From assembly GCA_934635225.1 (NCBI GenBank), contig CAKTYZ010000003.1:99210-163209 (forward strand): a stretch of DNA of 64,000 nt, read 5' to 3'. Within the stretch, counting starts at the first letter, position 1. Every line of letters starts with the position of its first letter. The position numbers and the translations under genes were made by a program. This document shows positions 44,877 through 55,039 of the stretch, piece by piece. The DNA is from an uncultured Kiritimatiellota bacterium. GTDB lineage: Bacteria; Verrucomicrobiota; Kiritimatiellia; RFP12; UBA1067. A model generated the notes under the pieces. That model saw nothing but the letters and a program-made list of their open reading frames with translations, searched no databases and was not told the DNA's origin.

Positions 44877-46877
44877 TTATTTCGTGAACTTCATGATGAA
44901 GCCACCGCCCTTCGCCATGTGGAAATCCAGCTTCTCGCCGGCCTTGACGGACTTCGTCTCGCGAACATACCGTTCCGGCTTCACATCGGCATCTGCCGCG
45001 TCACGGAAGATCTCCACCTTCCATTCGCCGTCGCCAAGAAAGCCCGTCTCGACCGTGAAGTCACGCGCCTCGGCGTTCGTCATGCCCGCAGCATACCAGC
45101 TGCCGTCCCTTGTCTGACGCGCACAGGCGACCAGCGTTTCGGGATCGCCCCCAAGGCCAATCGTCTTCGCCCACACGACCGGAACTTTCGCCATGAACGC
45201 AAACGACTCACTATTCTTCTCGTAGTTCGTCGGCGAATCGCTCAACATCTGGAGCGGAGCCTCGTAGAGAGCCATCATCGCCATCTGACGGCAACGCGTG
45301 CCTTCCGAACCTGGGAAGACATACATGTTCGGAGCCCCCGGATCACCCTTCTTCGGATAGCCGCCGACAGGATAATTGATCATCGCGCCCGGCGTATAGT
45401 CCATCGGACCCGCTGTCTGGCGCAAGAAGAACGCCATAACGTCGTTCGACATCATGTCCTCACGATGAAAGAACTTCATTTGCTCCAGCCCGTGTACGCC
45501 TTCATAGTTGAGGACGTTCGGGTATGCGCGGCTCATGCCCGTCGGACGATGCGCACCATGGTAGTCCACCAGCATCTTGTGCTTCGCGCACGCATCCGCG
45601 AACTTCCAGAGAAAGCGTTCGACGTCCGCGTCACCACGGTCCATGAAATCGACCTTGAAGCCCTTAGCACCAAGCTTCGCGAAATGCGCAGCGACCTTCT
45701 CCTCCTCACCGACAATCTGCGCCCAAGCCATCCAGAGGATGATCCCAACGCCCTTTTCGTTGCCGTAGCGAATGATTTCGGGCACATCCACATCCGGATG
45801 GAACTTCCAGATGTTCAGCGTCTCGCTCCAACCCTCGTCAAGGATAACATACTCGACGCCCGTCTTCGCGGCAAAGTCGATGAACCGCCTGTAAGTCTTC
45901 GTGTTGCAACCCTCATTGCCCTGATTGTCGAAACAACTCCACCAATCCCAAGCGACCTTGCCCGGCTTTACCCACGAGAAGTCCACACCCTTCGCGGCCG
46001 GACGCGCCAACGCATTGACGATGTCGGCCTCGCAGAATTTCACAGGCGTGTCAGCCAGTACGAACACGCGCCAAGGGAACGTACGCGTACCAGACGTTTT
46101 CACGAGGAAATCATCATGTTCGGCAACGGCAACCCAACGCCCGCCTTTCTCGACCGACTTAGAGTGATTCCACCCGCCCGCGCGATAAGTGCGCTTCGGA
46201 AAGCCCGCGAACGTCGACGAAAGCGCGCCGTCTTTCTTCTCGAAGTTGAGAATCGGGTAGTCATAGACGTCCGACTCTGTGATTGCGACAGCCTTGCCGC
46301 CAACGCGCGCGGCGAACGGCAGATAGGCAAACCTCTTGCCGAAGTCAAGCGTCGCGAAGTCGCCGGCCTGCGGCAGCGTCTCCTCGCACCCGAAACGGTC
46401 GGTCGTGTTGTACCAGCAACGCGCATCGCCCGCCAACGCGACCGTCGCCTTCTCGCAGTTCACGACAGTCGAACCGTCCTTCGCCGAGTAAAAGCGATAG
46501 GCCACGCCGTCGTTGCGCGCGGCAAGCTCAACGCCCCATGAACCAAAGTCGGCCTTCGCGAACGCGCCCGAAAGATCCAGCGCAGACTTCTTGTAGACTG
46601 GCGACGGCTCAACGCCTTTCGCAATCCAGTTTGAGACTTTCGGAGACTTGCCCTTCGAGGCCTCCGTCACGCACCGGCCGTCCAGCTTCAGGCCGATTTC
46701 GCTCTTCGCGACGATCTCGACGCCATCACGCGAGACAGCATACGCGAGCGGACTTGTCCACAAGCGGATTTCGTTGCGCCCATCTGGCGAAAGAACCGTC
46801 ACGTTGGGCTTGTTGGTGTCAAAAAGGCAGCAACAACCAGCTGCTGCAGCACACAGGACCAATGTTATCTTTTTCAT
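44877..46877 (-). CDS. secreted GH97-family glycoside hydrolase (SusB-like alpha-glucosidase)
   Basis: 666 aa with a lipoprotein-like signal. GH97 N-domain (LSPDGRNEIRLW), catalytic TIM-barrel blocks (YVILDEGW, KGFKVDFMDR) and a C-terminal beta-sandwich. Confidence 0.6.
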   Translation of the reverse strand: MKKITLVLCAAAAGCCCLFDTNKPNVTVLSPDGRNEIRLWTSPLAYAVSRDGVEIVAKSEIGLKLDGRCVTEASKGKSPKVSNWIAKGVEPSPVYKKSALDLSGAFAKADFGSWGVELAARNDGVAYRFYSAKDGSTVVNCEKATVALAGDARCWYNTTDRFGCEETLPQAGDFATLDFGKRFAYLPFAARVGGKAVAITESDVYDYPILNFEKKDGALSSTFAGFPKRTYRAGGWNHSKSVEKGGRWVAVAEHDDFLVKTSGTRTFPWRVFVLADTPVKFCEADIVNALARPAAKGVDFSWVKPGKVAWDWWSCFDNQGNEGCNTKTYRRFIDFAAKTGVEYVILDEGWSETLNIWKFHPDVDVPEIIRYGNEKGVGIILWMAWAQIVGEEEKVAAHFAKLGAKGFKVDFMDRGDADVERFLWKFADACAKHKMLVDYHGAHRPTGMSRAYPNVLNYEGVHGLEQMKFFHREDMMSNDVMAFFLRQTAGPMDYTPGAMINYPVGGYPKKGDPGAPNMYVFPGSEGTRCRQMAMMALYEAPLQMLSDSPTNYEKNSESFAFMAKVPVVWAKTIGLGGDPETLVACARQTRDGSWYAAGMTNAEARDFTVETGFLGDGEWKVEIFRDAADADVKPERYVRETKSVKAGEKLDFHMAKGGGFIMKFTK

Positions 46878-46899
46878 AGTTTGAACATTATACCAAAAA

Positions 46900-48123
46900 T
46901 CAGATCGCCTGAGCGAGAAGTCTGCCGAATTCCGAGCATTTCACCTCCGTCGCGCCTTCCATCTGGCGGGCGAAGTCATAGGTGACGGTCTTCGCGGCAA
47001 TCACCTTGTCCATCGCGGCGATGATCTTGTCGGCGGCTTCGGTCCAGCCCATGTAGCGCAGCATCATCTCACCCGAGAGAATGAGAGAGCCAGGATTCAC
47101 CTTGTCGAGGTTCGCGTACTTCGGCGCCGTGCCGTGAGTCGCCTCGAAGACTGCGACACCCGTCTGGTAGTTGATGTTCGCACCGGGCGCGATGCCGATG
47201 CCGCCCACGGTTGCAGCCAGCGCGTCGGACACGTAATCGCCGTTCAGGTTCAGCGTCGCGATGACATCATATTCCGCCGGGCGCGTCAGGATCTGCTGGA
47301 GGAACGCGTCGCAGATGCAGTCCTTCACCACGATGTCACGGCCCGTTTTCGGATTTCTGAAGGTACACCAAGGCCCCTTGTCAATCAGGACCGCGCCATA
47401 TTCGCGTCGGGCGAGCGCATAGCCCCAGTCACGGAACGCGCCCTCGGTGAACTTCTGGATATTGCCCTTGTGGACGAGCGTGACGGACTTGCGGTCGTTC
47501 GCAATCGCATAGTCCAGCGCGGCGCGGACGAGCCGCTCCGTCCCTTCAAGCGAAACCGGCTTGATGCCAATCGAGGCCGTCTTCGGGAAACGAATCTTCT
47601 TCACGCCCATCTCGCCGAGGAGAAACGCCTTCACCTTCTCGACCTCGGGCGTCCCGTTCATCCACTCGATGCCCGCGTAGATGTCCTCCGTATTCTCGCG
47701 AAAGATGACCATGTCCGTCAAGTCGGGCCGTTTCACTGGAGACGGCACGCCCTTGAAGTAGCGCACGGGACGAAGGCAGACGTAAAGGTCCAGCTCCTGG
47801 CGCATCGCGACATTGATGGAGCGGATGCCGCCACCGACTGGGGTCGTGAGCGGTCCCTTGATCGAGACGAGACAGTCGCGGCAGACGTCCAAGGTCTCCT
47901 GCGGCAGCCATTCGCCCGTCTGGTTAAAGGCCTTCTCGCCCGCAAGAACTTCGCGCCAGTCAATCCTGCGCTGTCCGCCGTAGGTCTTTTCGACCGCCGC
48001 GTTCCAGACGGTCATTGCCGCCTTCGTGATGTCGGGGCCTGTGCCGTCACCCTCAATGAAGGGAATGATTGGGTTCTCGGGAACGTTCAGTTTCCCGTCC
48101 TGCAAAGTGATTTTCTCGCTCAT
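46900..48123 (-). CDS. icd: NADP-dependent isocitrate dehydrogenase
   Basis: Start [15 protein letters not shown] (the track ORF has a spurious upstream extension). Carries Icd hallmarks [23 protein letters not shown] and [21 protein letters not shown]. Confidence 0.9.
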   Translation of the reverse strand: MSEKITLQDGKLNVPENPIIPFIEGDGTGPDITKAAMTVWNAAVEKTYGGQRRIDWREVLAGEKAFNQTGEWLPQETLDVCRDCLVSIKGPLTTPVGGGIRSINVAMRQELDLYVCLRPVRYFKGVPSPVKRPDLTDMVIFRENTEDIYAGIEWMNGTPEVEKVKAFLLGEMGVKKIRFPKTASIGIKPVSLEGTERLVRAALDYAIANDRKSVTLVHKGNIQKFTEGAFRDWGYALARREYGAVLIDKGPWCTFRNPKTGRDIVVKDCICDAFLQQILTRPAEYDVIATLNLNGDYVSDALAATVGGIGIAPGANINYQTGVAVFEATHGTAPKYANLDKVNPGSLILSGEMMLRYMGWTEAADKIIAAMDKVIAAKTVTYDFARQMEGATEVKCSEFGRLLAQAI

Positions 48124-48199
48124 GCCGAGTATTATACCATACTCCGACGGCTCTGAGTTCCTCTCGGTCGAGACTTCCGAGCCTCCTGCAAGACTCCGG

Positions 48200-49192
48200 T
48201 CAATCCGAGGAAGCTCCCAAGGCCGCATCGGCAAAGTCAACGGCGTACGCAAAGGCGGACGGCTGTCCTTTGACGGTAACGAAAAGATGCGTGCTGCCGG
48301 GCAACACCTCTGCGCGCACGGAATGCCCGAGCGACTCAAGCCGTCGCGCAAAACGCCGTCCCTGATCGCGCAAGACATCGCGATCCGCACCCAAGATGTG
48401 GACGGGCGGGAGGCCGCGCAACTGATCATCCGTCGCAAAGGCCGGTGAGACGAGCGGATCTGCCGCATCATGTCCATTCAGGTAAGCGACGAGGCAAACG
48501 TCCATGAACGCCGCGTCCATGCCGTAACCCGTCGCAAACGTGTGCCACGACTTCGAACCGTCCGCTCTCGCCTCCGTGACAGGGTAGTAAAGGACAAGCG
48601 CATGCGGCACAAGCCTTTCTTTCTGCAAGACAAGCGCCGCCGCGAGCGCCAGGTTTCCTCCAGACGAATCGCCGCCTATCGACAATCGCGTCGGATCTGC
48701 ACAATAACGAGTCGGATCAGACGCAACCGCGCGAAAGGTCGCACAGACATCGTTGAGCGCGAACGGGAACGGATGCTCGGGCGCGAGCGAATAGTCAAGA
48801 GCAAGAACGGCATGACCTTTCGCTGCGACCGCGCCGCAGAATGCCGAACAGCTCGCGAGGCTGCCGATAACCCAACCGCCACCGTGCAGATAGACAAGAA
48901 GCGGCAGGTTCCGCCCGCCTTTGGGGCGATAGAGGCGCAAGGTCGGCGACACCGCCTCGGCCTCAACGCCCGCCGGAAGGGATGCCCATGTGTTTCGTGC
49001 CGTCCGAACGGCCTTGAGATCGTTCGTCTCGCCCGCCGTCGCGCGACGAATGGCCGCAATCTGCGTGGCCTGCACACGGCTGTCGCGCACCGCAAGGAAG
49101 GCCGCCGCCTCTTGGGCATAGATGTCAACCTGCGGCATCGTCGCGCCAGCCATCCATGGGACCAATCCCACAATCAGCATCAGTTTCTTCAT
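48200..49192 (-). CDS. secreted alpha/beta-hydrolase esterase/lipase (Abhydrolase_3 / HSL-like)
   Basis: Signal peptide. Oxyanion HGGGW, nucleophile GDSSGGNLA, and a C-terminal Asp/His region (DVLRD, GSTHLF). Confidence 0.65.
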   Translation of the reverse strand: MKKLMLIVGLVPWMAGATMPQVDIYAQEAAAFLAVRDSRVQATQIAAIRRATAGETNDLKAVRTARNTWASLPAGVEAEAVSPTLRLYRPKGGRNLPLLVYLHGGGWVIGSLASCSAFCGAVAAKGHAVLALDYSLAPEHPFPFALNDVCATFRAVASDPTRYCADPTRLSIGGDSSGGNLALAAALVLQKERLVPHALVLYYPVTEARADGSKSWHTFATGYGMDAAFMDVCLVAYLNGHDAADPLVSPAFATDDQLRGLPPVHILGADRDVLRDQGRRFARRLESLGHSVRAEVLPGSTHLFVTVKGQPSAFAYAVDFADAALGASSD

Positions 49193-49304
49193 AAGGGAGC
49201 GGATTATACCATTTTCTTCGCAAATCCCGCTTGCATCCCCGCCGACTCAGACGGCCACTGAATCGACGGCTTCGTCCGGCCACAACTTTTCCCCAAACAC
49301 CCCC

Positions 49305-49334
49305 TTGCGCGGCATTCTTACATTATGATATAAT
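49305..49334 (+). promoter_or_regulatory. sigma70-like promoter of the tRNA-Cys gene (-35 TTGCGC, 18-nt spacer, -10 TATAAT)
   Basis: TTGCGC at 49305-49310 and TATAAT at 49329-49334. The tRNA 5' end is at 49354. Confidence 0.5.
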
Positions 49335-49353
49335 ATGCGCCGTTTCCACGAAT

Positions 49354-49429
49354 GGGGAAGTAGCTCAGTTGGTAGAGCATCACGTTCGCAACGTGGGGGT
49401 CGAGAGTTCGAATCTCTTCTTCTCCACCA
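49354..49429 (+). tRNA. tRNA-Cys (anticodon GCA), CCA-encoded
   Basis: Manual fold: acceptor GGGGAAG/CTTCTCC; D-arm GCTC-AGTTGGTA-GAGC; anticodon stem TCACG/CGTGG with loop TTGCAAA read as TT-GCA-AA; T-arm GAGAG-TTCGAAT-CTCTT; then ACCA. Confidence 0.9.
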
Positions 49430-49446
49430 TTTCGCAAGAAACGACG

Positions 49447-49490
49447 AAACCCGCTTTCGGCTGATGATTTAGGCCGCGCGGGGTTTTTTG
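49447..49490 (+). terminator. putative intrinsic terminator after tRNA-Cys (imperfect hairpin AAACCCGC...GCGGGG followed by TTTTTTG)
   Basis: GC-rich inverted repeat ending in GCGGGGTTTTTTG at 49478-49490. The loop is long (about 23 nt), so strength is uncertain. It could also act on the convergent trmB. Confidence 0.35.
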
Positions 49491-49537
49491 TTGCCTTCGT
49501 TTTAGGGGACGATGCGCAACGGGTCATCCGTCACGCA

Positions 49538-50194
49538 TCAACGCTTCACTTGCAGACGGCGCTCGATACCCTCACGCGGCTCCTGCTCGGGCGGAATCGT
49601 CAGCGGCGCAAGAGGCGAATCATCCGCAGGGAGTGCCTCCCATGCGGCCGAATAGATGGGCAACCCCTGCTCACGAAACATCGTCTCGAACTCCGTCCAG
49701 ACTTCTTGAGGACGCGGCATTGGCTCGACACGGCGGAAACGAGCGTCCTCGGCGAAGCCCGCACAGACTTCGCCATAGTATTCCGCATGATCGGTCGCGA
49801 ATTCGATCTTTCCGCCGATTTCCAGACGTTTCCACAGTGCCGCACGAAAGAGAGGCCCAAACAAACGGTGCGAATGATGTTTCTTCTTCGGCCAAGGGTC
49901 GGGGAAAAAGACATAGACACGCCGTGCGTGGTGCGCAGGCAACAAGTAATGGAAGGTGTAGAGAGCTTCCAGTCGAAGCACGCTCGCGTTGGCAATCCCT
50001 CCGCGTCGGCACTTGCCGTCAAAGAGACGGACGCGCTCCAGCATGCGCTCAATCCCAAGGAAGTCGCAGCCCGGAATCTCCTTCGCGCGACGCGTGAGAA
50101 ACTGGCCTTTCCCGCAACCGACCTCAACCTCAAGCGGACGCGAGAGATCGAAATCCAGCGGACGACACGGATCGGAGACGCGGATTACGCCCAA
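49538..50194 (-). CDS. trmB: tRNA (guanine46-N7)-methyltransferase
   Basis: EVGCGKGQFL SAM-binding motif and the TrmB hallmark VFFPDPWPKKKHH.RL. Confidence 0.85.
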   Translation of the reverse strand: MGVIRVSDPCRPLDFDLSRPLEVEVGCGKGQFLTRRAKEIPGCDFLGIERMLERVRLFDGKCRRGGIANASVLRLEALYTFHYLLPAHHARRVYVFFPDPWPKKKHHSHRLFGPLFRAALWKRLEIGGKIEFATDHAEYYGEVCAGFAEDARFRRVEPMPRPQEVWTEFETMFREQGLPIYSAAWEALPADDSPLAPLTIPPEQEPREGIERRLQVKR

Positions 50195-50487
50195 AGCTTC
50201 TCCAGCGCGTAGTAGGCGCGGGCCTCAGGTGAAAAGACATGGACGACGACGTCGATATAGTCTGCGACAATCCAACCGGAGTCGGGATCTCCCGAAACCC
50301 GGTATGCCTTCGGAAGGGCCTTCACAAGCGCCTTCAAGTGCGGCGCAGCCGCACCCGTCGCCACAACGAAGAAATCGGTCAAGCCCGATTTGCCGCGAAC
50401 GTCATAGGTTTTGATGTCCTGCGCTTTCGTATCGACAAGCGCCTGCGTAATGGTTGCTGTAAGTTCTTCTTCTGTCATAGTCTTCAA
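50185..50487 (-). CDS. rsfS: ribosomal silencing factor RsfS (Iojap family)
   Basis: 100 aa. TDFFVVATGAAAPHLKAL and DYIDVVVHVF are RsfS/Iojap conserved blocks. Confidence 0.8.
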   Translation of the reverse strand: MKTMTEEELTATITQALVDTKAQDIKTYDVRGKSGLTDFFVVATGAAAPHLKALVKALPKAYRVSGDPDSGWIVADYIDVVVHVFSPEARAYYALEKLWA

Positions 50488-51998
50488 TCAGGCATGCGCT
50501 TGACAAGAGGACGGTCAAGCATGCGTTCGTAGAGTTTGATGTATTCCTTCGCACACGTCTCGTGATTGAAGCGCGCCAGCGATTCCGTCATGATACGCGC
50601 GATTTCGCGTTCGCGGACCTCCTGCGGGCGGTGGAAGAAGTCCATCGCCTGATCCATCGCCCAGAAAAGCCCGTTCGAGTCGTAGGTGTCAAAGAGAAAG
50701 CCGTTACCGCGCGCATTCTCAACATCCAGCGCCTCAACGGTATCGTGCAACCCACCCGTGTTGTGCGCCACGGCGAGAGACCCGTAAATCGGCGCTTGCA
50801 TCTGAGGCAGGCCGCACGGCTCGAACAGAGACGGCATGAGCGTAAAGTCACTCGCCGCAAAACCAAGTTGAGAAAGACGCCCGTCGAAGTTGCTGACCGC
50901 CAAGCGCGACTGAATCTGATGGAAAGCACGAATGTCCCAGAACGGCTGCTGATACGGACCATTGGCGATGACCGCGATCTGCGCGTCCGGATGCTTGTCC
51001 AGGAAGCGGAAGGTAATGTCCGTCAAGAGCTGAGGCCCCTTTTGAATGGGATCCAGACGGCTCGGCCAGAAGAAGAGAGCCCGGTCGGCGTTCTCTTCCA
51101 GTCCCAGCGCGTGCTGAAGAGCAAGCTTGTTCTGTCGCTTCGCCTCGCGATGGTCTGACGGCCCGTATTTGAACGGTATCTTGTCGTCAATCGCGGGATT
51201 GTCCGCCGCATCCGGCGCGTTCAGGATGCCTTCCGCACAACCCGCATAGTACTTGCTGCGAATCTCATTGCGAATCGAATCCGGAATGAACGAATGCCAG
51301 CCGTTGACAATCTCCGTAAGAAAAGTCGGCGAGACCGTGTTGATGAAGTGCGCGGCAAAGCACCCAGACGCCTGAAGGTCAATCGGGTTGTTGTTGCGCG
51401 ACTCCTCGTAGTTGTATGGCGGATAGGCGTAATAGAGGTTTGTCCAGAACTCAGCCGCGTCAATGCCCGCGTCCTCGACGCGCGCAAGGCTCAGTTTCTG
51501 CGTGTGGATGTTGTGGACGGTGAAAAGGCAGGGGATGCCCATCCGGCGCGCAGCGGCTGGGACGAGCCCTGTCATCCAGTCATTGCAGTGGATGAGGTCA
51601 GGCTGGACATGAGGGATGATGTTGTTGATCACCTCGCGCTGAAAGGCAAGGGCCAGCTTCACGTTCCCGTCGCCTCGGTCATAGACCGTGTCGCGGTAGT
51701 AGAAGCAGCGATCCTCGGCAAGGTGTATGCGCTCGTCGGACAGGTGGCTCTTGTACTTGCGAAGTTCATCCGCAACGAGCTGGGCCGTCTCGACATGGAA
51801 CATCCGCCGATAGTGCGGCAAGGCGACATGGACATCCGCACCAAGTCCGTAGAGAGCCTGGACGAGCGAAGCGGAAACGTCCGCCATGCCGCCGGCTTTC
51901 GCCGACATCTTTCCCGCGAGGTTGCCCATGCCCTCCGGAAGATAGGTAATCTCCGGCGTGACAATCAGGATTCGCGGGTTCTTCTTCGCTCGTGCCAT
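50484..51998 (-). CDS. glgA: glycogen (starch) synthase, GT5
   Basis: Start MARAKKNPRILIVTPEI. KAGGMADVSASL is the GlgA KxGGL-like motif, with a C-terminal GT-B domain. The track ORF carries a spurious 48-aa upstream extension. Confidence 0.85.
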   Translation of the reverse strand: MARAKKNPRILIVTPEITYLPEGMGNLAGKMSAKAGGMADVSASLVQALYGLGADVHVALPHYRRMFHVETAQLVADELRKYKSHLSDERIHLAEDRCFYYRDTVYDRGDGNVKLALAFQREVINNIIPHVQPDLIHCNDWMTGLVPAAARRMGIPCLFTVHNIHTQKLSLARVEDAGIDAAEFWTNLYYAYPPYNYEESRNNNPIDLQASGCFAAHFINTVSPTFLTEIVNGWHSFIPDSIRNEIRSKYYAGCAEGILNAPDAADNPAIDDKIPFKYGPSDHREAKRQNKLALQHALGLEENADRALFFWPSRLDPIQKGPQLLTDITFRFLDKHPDAQIAVIANGPYQQPFWDIRAFHQIQSRLAVSNFDGRLSQLGFAASDFTLMPSLFEPCGLPQMQAPIYGSLAVAHNTGGLHDTVEALDVENARGNGFLFDTYDSNGLFWAMDQAMDFFHRPQEVREREIARIMTESLARFNHETCAKEYIKLYERMLDRPLVKRMPD

Positions 51999-52018
51999 GT
52001 CTGCCCTTTCTTTGTTCG

Positions 52019-53722
52019 TCAGCCGATCGTCGCGAGGACCTGCCCTTTCTGGACGGGCTTGCCGTGTTCGACAAGGAAGGTGATCTTGCCGGCTGCCGAG
52101 GCCTTGATCGGATTGAAGAGCTTCATCGCCTCGACGACGCAAACCGCATCCCCCGCCTTCACGGACGCGCCATCCGTCGCCATCTGCGGCTTGCCCGGCG
52201 CATCGCTACGGTAAAAAGTGCCGTTCAGCGGCGCGAGAAGCGGCGTGCCCGAGACGGACTCGCGAGCCGCTCCCGAAACCGCATGCGACCGTTGGGGCGT
52301 CTTCTCATCGACTCCACCTGAATCTGTCGCCTTTTTCTCCTCTTCATCCGCCGGAATCGGTCCGCCCTCCTTGCGCCACTTGAAATAGCCGAGGGCGACT
52401 TCCGGAAAGAGCGCGTAAGAGAGGATGTCCTCTTCAGCTTGAATCGTATTCGGAGGCAGTTCGTTCGCCGCCGAGACAAGACCCGGCTTCAGCAGGTCTG
52501 CCGGGCGGCAGTCAATGGGCTTCAGCTTGCCGATCAGCTTCTTCCGGAGCTTCGGATCAATCGGCGCCGGCGTCTCGCCATAGTAGCCCGCCGCATAGCG
52601 CTTCGTCTCGTCCGTGACCATCGAATAGCGCTTGCCGGAGAGGACATTCAAGACCGACTGCACGCCGACGATCTGCGAAGTCGGCGTGACGAGCGGCGGA
52701 TAACCGAGATCGGCACGCGTTTTCGGCAACTCCTCCAGCACTTCGTCGAGGCGGTCGAGAGCGTCCTGCTGGGCGAGCTGCGAACGGAGGTTCGAGATCA
52801 TGCCGCCCGGTATCGCGTGGACCAGCACGCCCGCATCAACTGGCTCGACCTTCGACGAACTCATTGGCTGGCGCCTCTTCTTCAGCTCCTTGAAGTAGGC
52901 GTTGATCTTCGTCAGCGCCGCACGGTCAAGGCCGCAGTCAAAGCCTTCCGACTCGAGAATCGAGACGACGGACTCCGTCGGCGGCTGGGACGAGAACGAC
53001 GAAAGCGTCGATATCGCGCAGTCGAAACAGCCCGCACCCGCCTCGGCGGCCGCCATGTACATAGCGGCCGCCATGCCGCTCGTCATGTGCGAATGGACCT
53101 GAATCGGCATCTTGGGCATCGCCTTCTTCAGCGCGGCAACGAGTTCACGTGCGGCACCCGGCGTGAGGATGCCCGCCATGTCCTTGATCGCGAGCGAGTC
53201 TATGCCCATCGCCTCTTGGCGCTTGGCGAGCTTCACGTAGTTCGCGACCGTGTGGACAGGCGACGTCGTGTAGCAAATCGTACCCTGCGCGTGACCGCCG
53301 TACTTCTTGACGCAACGGATAGCCGTCTCAAGGTTGCGCGGATCGTTGAGCGCGTCAAAGACACGGAAAATGTCCATCCCGTTCTCACAGGCCAGCGCCG
53401 TGAAACGCTCGACGATGTCATCGGGATAGTGCTTGTAGCCGAGGATGTTCTGCCCGCGGAAAAGCATCTGAAGAGGCGTCTTCTTGCAGACCTTCTTGAT
53501 TTCGCGCAAACGCTGCCACGGATTCTCGCGCAAGAAGCGCATGCACACGTCGAACGTCGCGCCGCCCCAACACTCAAGCGAGTAGAAGCCGGCATTGTCC
53601 ATCGTTTCGGCGATCTTCAGAATGTCGTCCGTCCGCATCCGCGTCGCCCAAAGGGACTGGTGCGCGTCACGAAGCGTTGTATCTGTGATGCGAATGTGAT
53701 TCTTCGTCTTCATATTCATCAT
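52019..53722 (-). CDS. biotin-dependent carboxyltransferase 5S subunit with C-terminal biotinyl domain (oxaloacetate decarboxylase alpha / pyruvate carboxylase subunit B-like)
   Basis: HIRITDTTLRDAHQS (HMGL-like TIM barrel), HxH metal site (QVHSHMTSGMA) and a C-terminal biotin-attachment motif (VVEAMKLFNPI). Confidence 0.8.
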   Translation of the reverse strand: MMNMKTKNHIRITDTTLRDAHQSLWATRMRTDDILKIAETMDNAGFYSLECWGGATFDVCMRFLRENPWQRLREIKKVCKKTPLQMLFRGQNILGYKHYPDDIVERFTALACENGMDIFRVFDALNDPRNLETAIRCVKKYGGHAQGTICYTTSPVHTVANYVKLAKRQEAMGIDSLAIKDMAGILTPGAARELVAALKKAMPKMPIQVHSHMTSGMAAAMYMAAAEAGAGCFDCAISTLSSFSSQPPTESVVSILESEGFDCGLDRAALTKINAYFKELKKRRQPMSSSKVEPVDAGVLVHAIPGGMISNLRSQLAQQDALDRLDEVLEELPKTRADLGYPPLVTPTSQIVGVQSVLNVLSGKRYSMVTDETKRYAAGYYGETPAPIDPKLRKKLIGKLKPIDCRPADLLKPGLVSAANELPPNTIQAEEDILSYALFPEVALGYFKWRKEGGPIPADEEEKKATDSGGVDEKTPQRSHAVSGAARESVSGTPLLAPLNGTFYRSDAPGKPQMATDGASVKAGDAVCVVEAMKLFNPIKASAAGKITFLVEHGKPVQKGQVLATIG

Positions 53723-53755
53723 GTCGCTTATTATATCACATTTTGGGACCGACTG

Positions 53756-55039
53756 TCAGTCCTCACGCCACTTAAGGTAGCGGACCGTCTTGTCCTTCAC
53801 ATAGCATTCGCAGTTGACCTCATGCTTCATGCCCATTGACTCGGAGATGATCTTCATCTTGAAGACGGTATTCTCGTCCGCCGTGTAGCAAAGATACTGG
53901 TTGGCGTCCGAACCGATTTCGACGTTCGCGTTGTCTGAAACGCGCTTGCAGAGGTCTTGCCAGTCTTTATAAGGCCACCAGTCTCGCGTCTCGTCCACAT
54001 TGCCGTCATCCGGCATGACCGTGCGCGTCTCAACGATGGCCCGCGCGATCTCTTCTGACTCCCCCGTGTCGCCGTCGTTCGTCGCGTCCTCGTTAAAGAC
54101 GCCTGGAACGGTCAGAAGCTGTTCGACCGTGCAATCGTTCACGTTGACCTTCGCGCTGCCGGACGTGCCGAAGACATTGACGATGCCTTTGAGGCGCGGA
54201 TTCTCCTCCGACTCGTCCTCGTCCGGATACAGCAACCCGCCCGTCAGGACCGCAGGGAAGTCGCGGAACCCTCTCACTGAGGCAAGTTCCTTGATGTCCG
54301 GAATGGACCCATTGCGCGGACGACGACGCTCCTCCTTTGCGGCGTTTCGTGCCGCTTTTCCGTGCGCCGCATCCTCTGTCCGCTCGTCCGCCTCCGCATA
54401 CCATGCTGACTCGGCGCCATCATCTTCCTCCGGGCGACAGTCTGACAAAGGTCCTTTCGATACCGTGTCATCCTCGTCGCGCCAGTCATTCCAACTGGCG
54501 ATCAGGAGGTTCATAAGGTTGTGCCGCTTCATGCCGCGTCCGTCAGCCTCCTTGACGTCAACCTCCAGATCCTCGTCAATTCCGGCGGACTTCAGGATCA
54601 TCTGCCAACGCAACGCGTAGTTCTTGTCGCCTCCCGAATAAAGTTCATTGATGTTGATGCCATTCTCGCTGCCTGAGTTCGCGAGCTGGATTTCGACCGT
54701 GACCGTGCCCGACGATTCGTCTTCCTCGTCCAGCAGGATCGGCCCGATCGTGCACTTTGACTCGAATTTGAGGGACCGCTTTTCCAAGTAAAACCGATCC
54801 TCCTCGTCCAGTTCCTTCGCGTTTTCGTTCTCACTCCATTCCTTCGCCTCCGAAAAGCCCAGCAAGACAACCTCGCCCAGAATGCGTCCGGGTTCCACCA
54901 GCCGCGTCACGCGATTGCGCTCGCGGACATAGACGTTAATGCCCGCCTGCTGATGCGCTTCAAAGGCGAACGAGAACACCATGACCGACAGTACGGCGAT
55001 GATCCAAAGCGCAACGATCAATGCGCTGCCGCGTCTCAT
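53756..55039 (-). CDS. type II secretion system minor pseudopilin GspK-like
   Basis: N-terminus MRRGSALIVALWIIAVLSVMVFSFAFE is typical of GspK (no prepilin-peptidase site). Large periplasmic domain with an HhH-like CTVEQLLTVPGV. Confidence 0.55.
   Translation of the reverse strand: MRRGSALIVALWIIAVLSVMVFSFAFEAHQQAGINVYVRERNRVTRLVEPGRILGEVVLLGFSEAKEWSENENAKELDEEDRFYLEKRSLKFESKCTIGPILLDEEDESSGTVTVEIQLANSGSENGININELYSGGDKNYALRWQMILKSAGIDEDLEVDVKEADGRGMKRHNLMNLLIASWNDWRDEDDTVSKGPLSDCRPEEDDGAESAWYAEADERTEDAAHGKAARNAAKEERRRPRNGSIPDIKELASVRGFRDFPAVLTGGLLYPDEDESEENPRLKGIVNVFGTSGSAKVNVNDCTVEQLLTVPGVFNEDATNDGDTGESEEIARAIVETRTVMPDDGNVDETRDWWPYKDWQDLCKRVSDNANVEIGSDANQYLCYTADENTVFKMKIISESMGMKHEVNCECYVKDKTVRYLKWRED

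Noticed and set aside
44595-46541. 648-aa plus-strand ORF
   Set aside because: Antisense to the GH97 gene and the clpB 5' end. No domains, Arg-rich.
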